A stretch of DNA of 20,000 nt from an uncultured Methanospirillum sp. GTDB lineage: Archaea > Halobacteriota > Methanomicrobia > Methanomicrobiales > Methanospirillaceae. Below, piece by piece: positions 9,193-17,162 of this stretch. The DNA is taken from the NCBI GenBank assembly GCA_964637135.1, contig CAZWTX010000009.1, positions 60,011 to 80,010 of the forward strand, given 5' to 3'. The position numbers were made by a program, and so were the translations under genes. A model generated the notes under the pieces. It worked only from the letters and a program-made list of their open reading frames with translations, was not told where the DNA came from and did not search any database. How positions within the stretch are numbered: position 1 is the first letter of the stretch; every line of letters starts with the position of its first letter.

Positions 9193-9800
9193 TTCTCAGT
9201 TTCTGCTCCAATAATGCGATTAATTGTACGGCTGATGCGATCGATGGATCCCATCTCGAGAATGATGAGAATGTCACCGGATATGTTCTTTTCCTGAACA
9301 AGGAACCGGGTATGAGCAAGGATTACGAGGTCGTCATCACTCCACCGGTCAGACTGAACCAGATGGGTCAGGGAGTCCTCGACATATCCAGGAAGCTGGT
9401 ACCGTAGCCGTTCACCGATATTATTGCTGATAGAGCCCATCACCGCATTGATGATGATATTACCCACTTCAAGAAGCGTCTCTGAGCGGATACTATCCAT
9501 CTCAGGGGCCTGGGCCTCCTCGCCGGCAAGCAACATCACGAGTTGCAGGGCACTCTCACGGGGAAACATGAGAGCGGTTGTTCCCGAAATCGGTCCGGTA
9601 TAATCCATGGATATCAGGGAGAACGTCGTCTGACAGCCGGGGAGGGAGTCGAGTTCACCGGCAGTGATAAGTCGTATTTCCGGTACATGAAGCGTAACAT
9701 GCGATTTCGTCAGTTCATTCAGCATCCCGGCAGCACAACCGATACCAATATTGATCAGTTCCTTGATGCCGTCGATGATTTCAGATGAGATCGGGATCAT
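9189..9800 (-). CDS. cheC: CheC-family CheY-P phosphatase
   Basis: Two ExxN active-site motifs (KELINIG; LEVGNII) and a CheC-like fold pattern; 4-nt overlaps with both neighbours. Confidence 0.88.
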   Translation of the reverse strand: MIPISSEIIDGIKELINIGIGCAAGMLNELTKSHVTLHVPEIRLITAGELDSLPGCQTTFSLISMDYTGPISGTTALMFPRESALQLVMLLAGEEAQAPEMDSIRSETLLEVGNIIINAVMGSISNNIGERLRYQLPGYVEDSLTHLVQSDRWSDDDLVILAHTRFLVQEKNISGDILIILEMGSIDRISRTINRIIGAETEK

Positions 9801-10162
9801 GGTGCCCCGGAGAGGATCTTCATGATGGCAGGAAGGAGTTCTTCGCTATGAACCGGCTTGTTGACAAAATCCTTCGCTCCGAGATTCATACATTCCTCCC
9901 GGGTCGACATCTGGACGTCTGAGGTGAGGACGATCACCGGGACGGGAGCTGGATCCTTCTGTAGTTCCTGTAACACGGAAAACCCGTCCACTTCAGGCAT
10001 CAGGAGGTCGAGAAGGACGAGATCAGGCTTTTCCAACCGGATTTGTGCTAATCCTTCTTTCCCATTCTGTGCTTCGCGGTACTCGTACCCGGCCTCCTGG
10101 AGAATTTTGCTGATCACCTTCCGCTGAAAGAGAGAGTCATCGATAATGAGGATTTGAGCCAT
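9797..10162 (-). CDS. single-domain response regulator (CheY-like receiver)
   Basis: ILIIDDS, LLDLLMP (phospho-Asp), LTSD, VNKP. Start is ATG 10162 or GTG 10168. Confidence 0.93.
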   Translation of the reverse strand: MAQILIIDDSLFQRKVISKILQEAGYEYREAQNGKEGLAQIRLEKPDLVLLDLLMPEVDGFSVLQELQKDPAPVPVIVLTSDVQMSTREECMNLGAKDFVNKPVHSEELLPAIMKILSGAP

Positions 10163-10353
10163 ACCCACTGATCATACCTATTGCTGCCGGGGTAATATCT
10201 GTTCTGGTCGGGTAATCACAGTCAGCATGGATTGGGGGTCTGAATGGAGGAGATCATCAGAAAATCATGCCTCACCGGGTCGTCTTGTCTGCCTGGAGGG
10301 ATATTCCCTGCCTGTCTGTGGTTCATGGTAAGGCCGGAGCCAGGACCGGAAGA

Positions 10354-10539
10354 TCAGATCCATGAACATATGATCGTGATCCTCTGCTCCACGATCGGAT
10401 CCTCCACATGAATCTGACTCCTGATACGAATATCGCCATTCATCCGGAACAGATCCTGATGATACCAGACAAATGGAGCCGACGAATGGCTCTTACCGGG
10501 GAAGGATGTAACGGCATCTAAAGGCTTCATTCTCATCAT
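10354..10539 (-). CDS. possible small hypothetical protein
   Basis: 61-aa ORF in an otherwise empty intergenic region, on the same strand as the receiver operon; no recognisable motif. Confidence 0.3.
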   Translation of the reverse strand: MMRMKPLDAVTSFPGKSHSSAPFVWYHQDLFRMNGDIRIRSQIHVEDPIVEQRITIICSWI

Positions 10540-10634
10540 TACCCAAATTTTTTTGAGTTATCTCTGATTTCGTGGATCGTGATGACATACATCGTAAGAA
10601 AAAAATATACGACTGTTATCATATAGTATACGAT

Positions 10635-11090
10635 ATGTCGTCCAATTTTTCCGATTATGAGTCAGATGACCATCATGAGAGTGATCTCTCTCGTATCGGG
10701 GTGTCACTTCCATCCAATCTTCTCAATAATTTTGATCAGATCCTGAAACAGCGTGGCTATTCCTCACGTTCTGAAGGGATTCGGGATGCCATCCGGTCAT
10801 ATATCAGGTACTACAAGTGGATGGCAGACATGACCGGTGAGCGTCAGGGAGTTATCACGCTCGTGTATGATCATCACCAGAGGGGTCTTATCGCTGCAAT
10901 AACAGATATCCAGCACGATTACATCGGTGTTATCCAGGCTTCCCTTCACTCCCATGTCTCACACACCCGGTGTGTCGAAGTGCTTCTCGTAAAAGGGGAT
11001 GCACAAGAAGTCAAGGCCATTGCCGAACGCCTCATGGCACAAAAAGGCGTGGAAACCGTCAAACTGACGACTATCCCACTCGAAGGGTAG
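10635..11090 (+). CDS. nikR: nickel-responsive transcriptional regulator NikR
   Basis: RHH domain RIGVSLP..LL..FD....RGYSSRSE.IRDAIR; Ni ligands in QH...LHSH...C.E. Likely start is ATG 10635. Confidence 0.93.
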   Translation: MSSNFSDYESDDHHESDLSRIGVSLPSNLLNNFDQILKQRGYSSRSEGIRDAIRSYIRYYKWMADMTGERQGVITLVYDHHQRGLIAAITDIQHDYIGVIQASLHSHVSHTRCVEVLLVKGDAQEVKAIAERLMAQKGVETVKLTTIPLEG

Positions 11091-11158
11091 CCGGCGTTCT
11101 CATTCACCAATGTTCCCTGGCTGAACGAATCTCTTTTCCCATCTTTTTTCCCATCACA

Positions 11159-11728
11159 TCAGGCAGGGTATTCTATTGAATCATGTGCTGCTCGTGCACA
11201 GAACCGTGCCACCCGGCAGGGTTCAGGGATCTTGCCATGATGCACAAACATCCGGCACAGTGCCGTCACATCACGGGTATCCAGCCCATATCCGCGTGCA
11301 TAGAGGATATGGCCGGTATGCAGCCGGACCGGTTGTCTCTCACCGAGGAGAGAATATGCACTCATACGGTCAGGTTCATCCGGGAAATGGTGCCTGATGT
11401 GTTCCTCAAGTCCCCCGGAAGCCTCATACGATACCGAGATGACGGGAAGACCACTGTCTTTCATGATCGACCAGGGATTAATGATGTTATACCAGGCGAT
11501 GACAGAGCCGCTGATCATAACACCGGTAATATCTTCCCTCGCAAGGGATCGGATCATCCCAAGGATCACCCGTGTTGCATCAGAACCCCCCACCGTGATC
11601 TCCCCAAACGTAAACCCGTCGATGTAGAGATCCCGTCTCATCACGACACCACAGAGCCTGGATCTCTCCCGGCCCCGGTAACTCTCTGCAATACCGAGAA
11701 CCCGGATTCCCTTTTTCTGTACCTGCAT
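11159..11728 (-). CDS. DUF99 family protein (endonuclease V-like fold)
   Basis: RVLGIAES, GVVMRRD..IDG, VGGSDAT, SGSVIAWYNII, GLPVISV, KIPEPCRVAR. Confidence 0.88.
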   Translation of the reverse strand: MQVQKKGIRVLGIAESYRGRERSRLCGVVMRRDLYIDGFTFGEITVGGSDATRVILGMIRSLAREDITGVMISGSVIAWYNIINPWSIMKDSGLPVISVSYEASGGLEEHIRHHFPDEPDRMSAYSLLGERQPVRLHTGHILYARGYGLDTRDVTALCRMFVHHGKIPEPCRVARFCARAAHDSIEYPA

Positions 11729-11763
11729 GAGAAGGACTTATACACCCGGGTTTTAAAGATTAT

Positions 11764-12681
11764 ATGATGGATATTAACAGGGATCAGGTATGTATCATCA
11801 TCCCCACCCTCAACGAAGAACCGACAATAGGGGATCTGATCACCCGGTTTCACCAGGTTGGATATTCTGATATTATCGTCATTGACGGAAGAAGCGCTGA
11901 CCGCACGAGGGAGATCGCGGCTGGAGCCGGAGCGGAAGTGATCCTGCAGAAGGGAAAGGGAAAAGGAAACGCGATCATCCAGGTTCTTCCACAAATACAG
12001 AAACCGTTCGTGCTGCTGATCGACGGAGACGGAACATACGATCCGGCAGATGCGGACGAACTGATCACCAGCCTTCAGGATGGGTACGACCAGGCAATCG
12101 GCAACCGTCTGATCCCAGATAATTATGCGTCATTTAACCGCCTGAATCTTACGGGTGACAAGATTCTGAACTGGCTCTTCAAGGTCTCCCATGGACGCTA
12201 CCTCTATGATATCCTCTCCGGATACCGTGGTTTCACGCTCGCATCACTCAAAAAAATGCGCCTTCACGAGCAGGGATTTGGGATTGAAACGGAAATATCA
12301 GCCGAGGCAGTACGGAATAACAACCGGGTGGCAGTCATCCCGGTCAGGTATGGTATCAGGATTGGTTCTGCAACCAAACTGGATCCGATCCATGACGGGA
12401 TCAAGATCGGGAGAACCATCTACCGTCTTGCAAAACATAACAATCCCCTGTTTTACTTCGGGCTGATCGGGTTCTTCTTTGCCCTTGCCGGAGCCCTAAT
12501 CGGGGTATATATCGTCTTTGAATGGCTGAAGAACGTGGATCATATCCCCCTTACTCTTCTTTCGATAACCCTCATCATCGTGGGCCTGCAGGTGTTCATG
12601 TTCGGGATACAGTCAGATATGCTCCTTGCTTACCAGCGGGAACTTCTCAACGAGATTGAAGACCTGAAACGAAAGGAATGA
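11764..12681 (+). CDS. aglJ: GT2 glycosyltransferase, AglJ-like (S-layer N-glycosylation)
   Basis: IIIPTLNEE, IDGRS.D.T, GKGKGNA, DGDGTY (DxD), DILSGYR, GFGIETE, two C-terminal TM helices. Confidence 0.85.
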   Translation: MMDINRDQVCIIIPTLNEEPTIGDLITRFHQVGYSDIIVIDGRSADRTREIAAGAGAEVILQKGKGKGNAIIQVLPQIQKPFVLLIDGDGTYDPADADELITSLQDGYDQAIGNRLIPDNYASFNRLNLTGDKILNWLFKVSHGRYLYDILSGYRGFTLASLKKMRLHEQGFGIETEISAEAVRNNNRVAVIPVRYGIRIGSATKLDPIHDGIKIGRTIYRLAKHNNPLFYFGLIGFFFALAGALIGVYIVFEWLKNVDHIPLTLLSITLIIVGLQVFMFGIQSDMLLAYQRELLNEIEDLKRKE

Positions 12682-12707
12682 TTATATCCATTTGGATGGA
12701 TAAATCT

Positions 12708-12719
12708 CAAACTTTATCT
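12708..12719 (+). promoter_or_regulatory. putative BRE/TATA for tRNA-Gly
   Basis: CAAACTTTATCT lies 30-40 nt upstream of the tRNA 5' end. Confidence 0.45.
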
Positions 12720-12748
12720 GAAAAGAAAACCAACATCAGTGGTGCATT

Positions 12749-12819
12749 GCGATAATAGTCTAGCGGTATGACAGGGGCTTCCCAAGCCCTTAGCCCGGGT
12801 TCGAGCCCCGGTTATCGCA
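12749..12819 (+). tRNA. tRNA-Gly(CCC)
   Basis: Acceptor GCGATAA/TTATCGC plus discriminator A; anticodon arm GGGGC-TTCCCAA-GCCCT; T arm CCGGG-TTCGAGC-CCCGG; no intron and no encoded CCA; followed by a T-rich tract. Confidence 0.96.
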
Positions 12820-13128
12820 TTTCTTGTTTTATTCTCACGAGGAGAGGATTTCCTGACCCGTTACGATCTTTTTTGTTATTCCAGCCATCCGCATGGAACA
12901 TGGTACCAACGGATGCATTCATCAGGATGAACACGAGAGATGTTTTCAAAGGGGCATCAGTAATTCTGATAACGATGCAAGCAGGTGCAAACAGGACCTG
13001 ATTCCCAGTTATTTCTCACCAGTAAACGGAGTATGGATTCCAGAACCGTATCGATTACATGATCTCGAACGGGTATGAAATGTTGATATCAGGTTTTTTG
13101 TAGATTTTGCACCAATAAGGTGAGATAA

Positions 13129-14079
13129 ATGCCACATGTACCTACTGAGGAGGAACGAGCCATTACCAGTTCTCATTCATACCAGACCAAAGAGAAAATC
13201 ATTTTTAAAAGCCTGGTCATTGACACCATATTCTGGATTCCGGATATTTTTCTGGCAGTCCTTTCCGGTTCTGTCACCTTATATGCAGATGTCATAAAAA
13301 GTGGAAACGAGATTCTGTCTACCTTTTTTGCGTGGCTCGCCATGAGAAAAATAACAAAAGGCACAGGAGATCTCTACGATTATGGAGTGGGCAAATTTGA
13401 AACGCTTACCGGGATCGTCACCGGGGTTATTATGTTTCTTTCTCTGGTCCTGGTTTTTGCAATCACCAGTTTCAAACTCCTCAATCCTTCTTTCCTGCAT
13501 GAAGGGGGGGCTATTCTTGCCATCGGGATGATGTTTATCGGGGTATGTGTGAATACCTGGCTCTGGAGAGAAAAATCTCACATTGCCAATGAAGAATACT
13601 CGCCGGTGATGGAGTCACAAGTCAGGCTCTTTAAAACAAAAGCACTTACCGATCTTACTGTCTTAATCGCCCTGATTCTTGTGATGATACTCGCAGAGTA
13701 TGAATGGGCAATTTATATCGATCCATTGGCTTCCTTTATTGTCATCGGGTCATTCCTGTTCTCAGGGTACCGTACCATCTCGTCTTCACTTCCGGATTTG
13801 CTTGATAAAACAATTGACGAAGAATTGCAACTGGAAGTCGTCAGGGCCCTGGCCGCGTACTTCAATGATTATGAAGCATTTCATGGTGTCAGATCACGGC
13901 GAAGTGGAAATAATATATATATCGAATTATTTCTCGAATTTGATGGAGAGAAAAAATTATCAGAAGTACAGGATATTATTAACCGTATAAAAATAACCCT
14001 GGAGACTGATATTCCCCGGAGTTCAGTCACCATTATGCCGAGTACGGGAAAATATGGCGCGGTGAATGACAAATCATGA
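13129..14079 (+). CDS. cation diffusion facilitator (CDF/FieF-like) transporter with atypical metal site
   Basis: SGS.TLYAD, YDYGVGKFE, IDPLASFIV, LLDK, and C-terminal domain HGVRSRRSG..IYIELFLEFD; about six TM segments. Confidence 0.88.
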   Translation: MPHVPTEEERAITSSHSYQTKEKIIFKSLVIDTIFWIPDIFLAVLSGSVTLYADVIKSGNEILSTFFAWLAMRKITKGTGDLYDYGVGKFETLTGIVTGVIMFLSLVLVFAITSFKLLNPSFLHEGGAILAIGMMFIGVCVNTWLWREKSHIANEEYSPVMESQVRLFKTKALTDLTVLIALILVMILAEYEWAIYIDPLASFIVIGSFLFSGYRTISSSLPDLLDKTIDEELQLEVVRALAAYFNDYEAFHGVRSRRSGNNIYIELFLEFDGEKKLSEVQDIINRIKITLETDIPRSSVTIMPSTGKYGAVNDKS

Positions 14080-14556
14080 CGTTTGATCAGATGTGATCGG
14101 GATATCCGTCCGATTCATCCCGCATTGAGCATGATCTGATAATTCACCTCATCAAACAAGAGAACAGAACGATTCACCGGTATAACACCAGTGCGTGATT
14201 CTTTGTACCAGTAGATGAGGAGAAAACCCCATGCTCTCAATCATCCTCGGATCTTTCTTCCGGCATCTTCCGGCACTCCTTTTTTGAGAAGATCCCACCT
14301 CTTCGGACTGCTGATATGATCCTCACAAATGTAAAAAAGACGCCCGGCAGCAACAGGATTTCATGAAGATGGTAATGACGGGTTTTCTTCTGTTATTACA
14401 TTCCCGGGAAGGTACGACTGAACACCCGCATACCAGGAGACCGTCCGGCTGTCAACGGGTGAATCAGGTACCTGAACCTGTCCTCAGGTACCAGTATCCA
14501 GGATCATGAGCCCGATTGGAGGTAAAAGAGAAAAGGTAACCGGTTTTTGTGAACCA

Positions 14557-14745
14557 TTAACTCGCCTGCGGGATATCCTGATCATAATAATCATACTCCC
14601 CGGTACCATTGTCTTCCATCTCCTCCATGTATGCGCTGAGTGCCTCCACGAATATCTCATCAATTGACAGGCCAAGTGAGGAAGAGAAAATCTCAAGAGC
14701 ATGAGCAAGTTCATCAGGGACTTCGATCTGGAGAAGAACTACCAT
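14557..14745 (-). CDS. small ribbon-helix-helix (CopG-like) protein
   Basis: LQIEVPDELAHALE....LGLSIDEIFVEALSAYME matches a beta-alpha-alpha RHH pattern; acidic tail. Confidence 0.6.
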   Translation of the reverse strand: MVVLLQIEVPDELAHALEIFSSSLGLSIDEIFVEALSAYMEEMEDNGTGEYDYYDQDIPQAS

Positions 14746-14977
14746 TATGATTACATGTATTCTCCCCCTATTCAGAGATTGTGATTTGCGGGAGGTCGGC
14801 CATTATTCCATCTGTTCCCCGAGAAAACACCTGCCGGAGAACCCTTTTCCCGGAGAGATGAACAGACAATATCTCCTTTGAAGCTGAAAGATCTGATATG
14901 ATATCCGGAAAGACAGGGGAGAAGTGGATACTTGTCTGCCGGGAGACAACCATTCACATACCCCGGGGTAAACTGAT

Positions 14978-15658
14978 ATGAAACCGGCTGATTTCGGCTC
15001 AAGGGCGATATGCATCCTTGCGAAGAATAAAACGGGGGTTCTGAAGGAGATAGCCGGGACATTCGCCGAGAATAATGCGAATATCATCATGATTCACCAT
15101 GAGGCCCTGAAAGGGATGAACAACGAGTATATCGGGGAACTGTACGTGGAGTATGAAAGTGACTGTGATCCTGCGGATATAGATCGCAGCCTGCGGGCGC
15201 TCCCCGGGGTTTCTGATGTTATTGTTCACCGCTCTTTCGGGGATATATTCGGGAAACGCGTCATCATCATCGGTGGCGGTGCTCAGGTGGCCCAGGTAGC
15301 ACTCGGGGCGGTCAATGAGGCAGACCGGCACAATATCAGGGGCGAGCGGATATCAGTCGATACCATTCCCCTCGTCGGCGAGGAGACCCTTGCCCAGGCA
15401 ATCGCCGCAGTACCCCGGCTGCCCCGGGCCTGTATCCTCGTGCTTGCCGGATCCCTGATGGGGGGTGAGATCACCCGTTCGGTGGATCGGGTCAGGGAGG
15501 CGGGGATCCCGGTTATCGCGCTCAGCATGGCCGGTACGGTTCCGGATCACGCCGACCTCGTCGTCACCGATCCCATCCAGGCAGGAGTGTTTGCAGTAAT
15601 GCACATATCAACAATCGCGGTCTTCTCGATCGACCGTGTACGGGGGCGGGTTTTCTGA
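14978..15658 (+). CDS. ACT-domain / DUF5612-like protein
   Basis: N-terminal ACT (KNKTGVLKEIAGTFAENNANI); C-terminal GKRVIIIGGGAQVAQVA.GA..EADRHNIRGERISVDTIPLVGE, typical of this methanogen family. Confidence 0.88.
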   Translation: MKPADFGSRAICILAKNKTGVLKEIAGTFAENNANIIMIHHEALKGMNNEYIGELYVEYESDCDPADIDRSLRALPGVSDVIVHRSFGDIFGKRVIIIGGGAQVAQVALGAVNEADRHNIRGERISVDTIPLVGEETLAQAIAAVPRLPRACILVLAGSLMGGEITRSVDRVREAGIPVIALSMAGTVPDHADLVVTDPIQAGVFAVMHISTIAVFSIDRVRGRVF

Positions 15659-15666
15659 AATCACTG

Positions 15667-16233
15667 GTGGATCGTGCCGTTGAGGTGCTCTTTCACGACG
15701 GGCTGATCGTATATCCGACAGACACGACATACGGTCTTGGTGGCGATGCCCTCTCCGACGAAGCAGTAATGCGGGTTTATGAAGCAAAGGGACGCGAGTT
15801 TCATAAAGCAGTGTCCATCGCGGTATCGGACCCGGAGATGATCCATGCAGTCGCACGGGTCGACGAGATTGGTGAAGCATTCATTGCCGAGTTCCTCCCC
15901 GGTCCGGTAACGCTCGTCATAAAGGCAAGGGGAATTATCCCGAGGATGCTCACTGCCGGTACCGGAAGGATCGGGATCCGGTACCCGGATCATGAGGTTG
16001 CCCTTGCCATCATCTCGCAGTTTGACAGTCCGATCACGGCGACGAGTGCAAATATTTCAGGAGGTCCTGATCCGGTGATTGTTCAGGACTGCCTGGCGCC
16101 GCATGATTACGCAGTCGATGTCGGACCGCTCAGTGGTATTCCGTCAACGGTGGTCGATCTCGCAGACCGCGAGATCCTCCGGGCGGGGGCGGAGTGTGAG
16201 CGGGTGGCACGGTTCCTCGCGGAGTTTGCATGA
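15667..16233 (+). CDS. tsaC: L-threonylcarbamoyladenylate synthase (single-domain TsaC/YrdC type)
   Basis: YPTDTTYGLG, KGR, PGPVTLV, IGIRYP, TSANISG; 188 aa with no Sua5 C-terminal domain. Confidence 0.93.
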   Translation: MDRAVEVLFHDGLIVYPTDTTYGLGGDALSDEAVMRVYEAKGREFHKAVSIAVSDPEMIHAVARVDEIGEAFIAEFLPGPVTLVIKARGIIPRMLTAGTGRIGIRYPDHEVALAIISQFDSPITATSANISGGPDPVIVQDCLAPHDYAVDVGPLSGIPSTVVDLADREILRAGAECERVARFLAEFA

Positions 16234-17162
16234 AAAAACCGGCACGGATACGGGACTTCGTCAGGGACGAGGACGGCTGGTTCTATGCCGTCGCGGCCTA
16301 CGATAACGCTGAGGCAGTCGGTTGCCTGCTCAGGTACATCCCTGATGAGAAGGGGGACCGGGTATCTTCAGACGGGGTACGGTACCGGAAAGTAGAGTTC
16401 AGGGAGGCGTACGATCTCGTCGCCCGGGAAAAGCCGGAGTTTTCAGGACTCGTGCAACGGATTCCCCATGCACGGATAACGGCGGTGCTCAAACCTGACG
16501 AGGAAATAGGAAAAATCGCTGCACGGGATGACCGGGTCTCCCGGCTTGTCTCACAGTTCGGTCTTGCCGCGGGTGCGTTCGGGGTGACCGGCTCGATGAT
16601 CTGCGGGCTGGAGAATGCAGATTCCGATATCGACGGGGTGGTATATGGATCATCGTTCCGTATCGCCCAGCAACGGCTGAAGGAAGGGATTGCCTCGGGG
16701 GTCATCGAAGACCTGGACGATGATCTCTGGCACCGGGTCTACCGGAAGCGCAATCCCGATCTTCCCTTCGAGGAGTTTTTTCTCCACGAACAGCGGAAAT
16801 GGAACCGGGGACAGATCGACGGGACCTACTTCGATCTCCTCTACTCGCGGGATTATGCAGACCTGAACGGATCCCGGATGGAAAAGGGGCCGGTGCTTGG
16901 AAGGACAACCATCGAAGCGACGGTCACCGGCGATACCTTTGCCTATGACAGCCCGGCGATCCTTGAAATTGATCACCCGACCATCAGGAAGGTACTCTCC
17001 TTTACCCACACGTATACCGGGCAGGCAGTGAAGGGAGAGCGTATAGAGGTGAAAGGAGTTATCGAAGAGCACGGGGACGAACAGTGGCTGATCGTCGGGA
17101 CCACCCGGGAAGCAACGGGCGAGTATATCCGGTCACTCTCGCTGCTTGAAAAAGAGGCGTGA
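16230..17162 (+). CDS. DNA polymerase beta-like nucleotidyltransferase (COG1665-like)
   Basis: GVTGS....L....SDID.VVYG nucleotidyltransferase motif; LLRYIPD..GDR N-terminus; beta-rich C-terminus; ATGA overlap with tsaC. Confidence 0.85.
   Translation: MKKPARIRDFVRDEDGWFYAVAAYDNAEAVGCLLRYIPDEKGDRVSSDGVRYRKVEFREAYDLVAREKPEFSGLVQRIPHARITAVLKPDEEIGKIAARDDRVSRLVSQFGLAAGAFGVTGSMICGLENADSDIDGVVYGSSFRIAQQRLKEGIASGVIEDLDDDLWHRVYRKRNPDLPFEEFFLHEQRKWNRGQIDGTYFDLLYSRDYADLNGSRMEKGPVLGRTTIEATVTGDTFAYDSPAILEIDHPTIRKVLSFTHTYTGQAVKGERIEVKGVIEEHGDEQWLIVGTTREATGEYIRSLSLLEKEA

Noticed and set aside
12685..12702. Hairpin TATCCAT-TTGG-ATGGATA after aglJ
   Set aside because: Weak 7-bp AT-rich stem with no following T-run; not enough to call a terminator.
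12768..13001. 77-aa ORF starting inside tRNA-Gly
   Set aside because: It begins within the tRNA gene and has no protein motif.
12893..13078. 61-aa ORF upstream of the CDF gene
   Set aside because: No motif or clear initiation signal; cannot be supported, though not excluded.
15508..15519. 12-bp match (CCCGGTTATCGC) to the tRNA-Gly 3' end (12807-12818), a possible attR
   Set aside because: It lies inside the intact DUF5612 coding sequence (IPVIA), is short, and no integrase is present; most likely chance.
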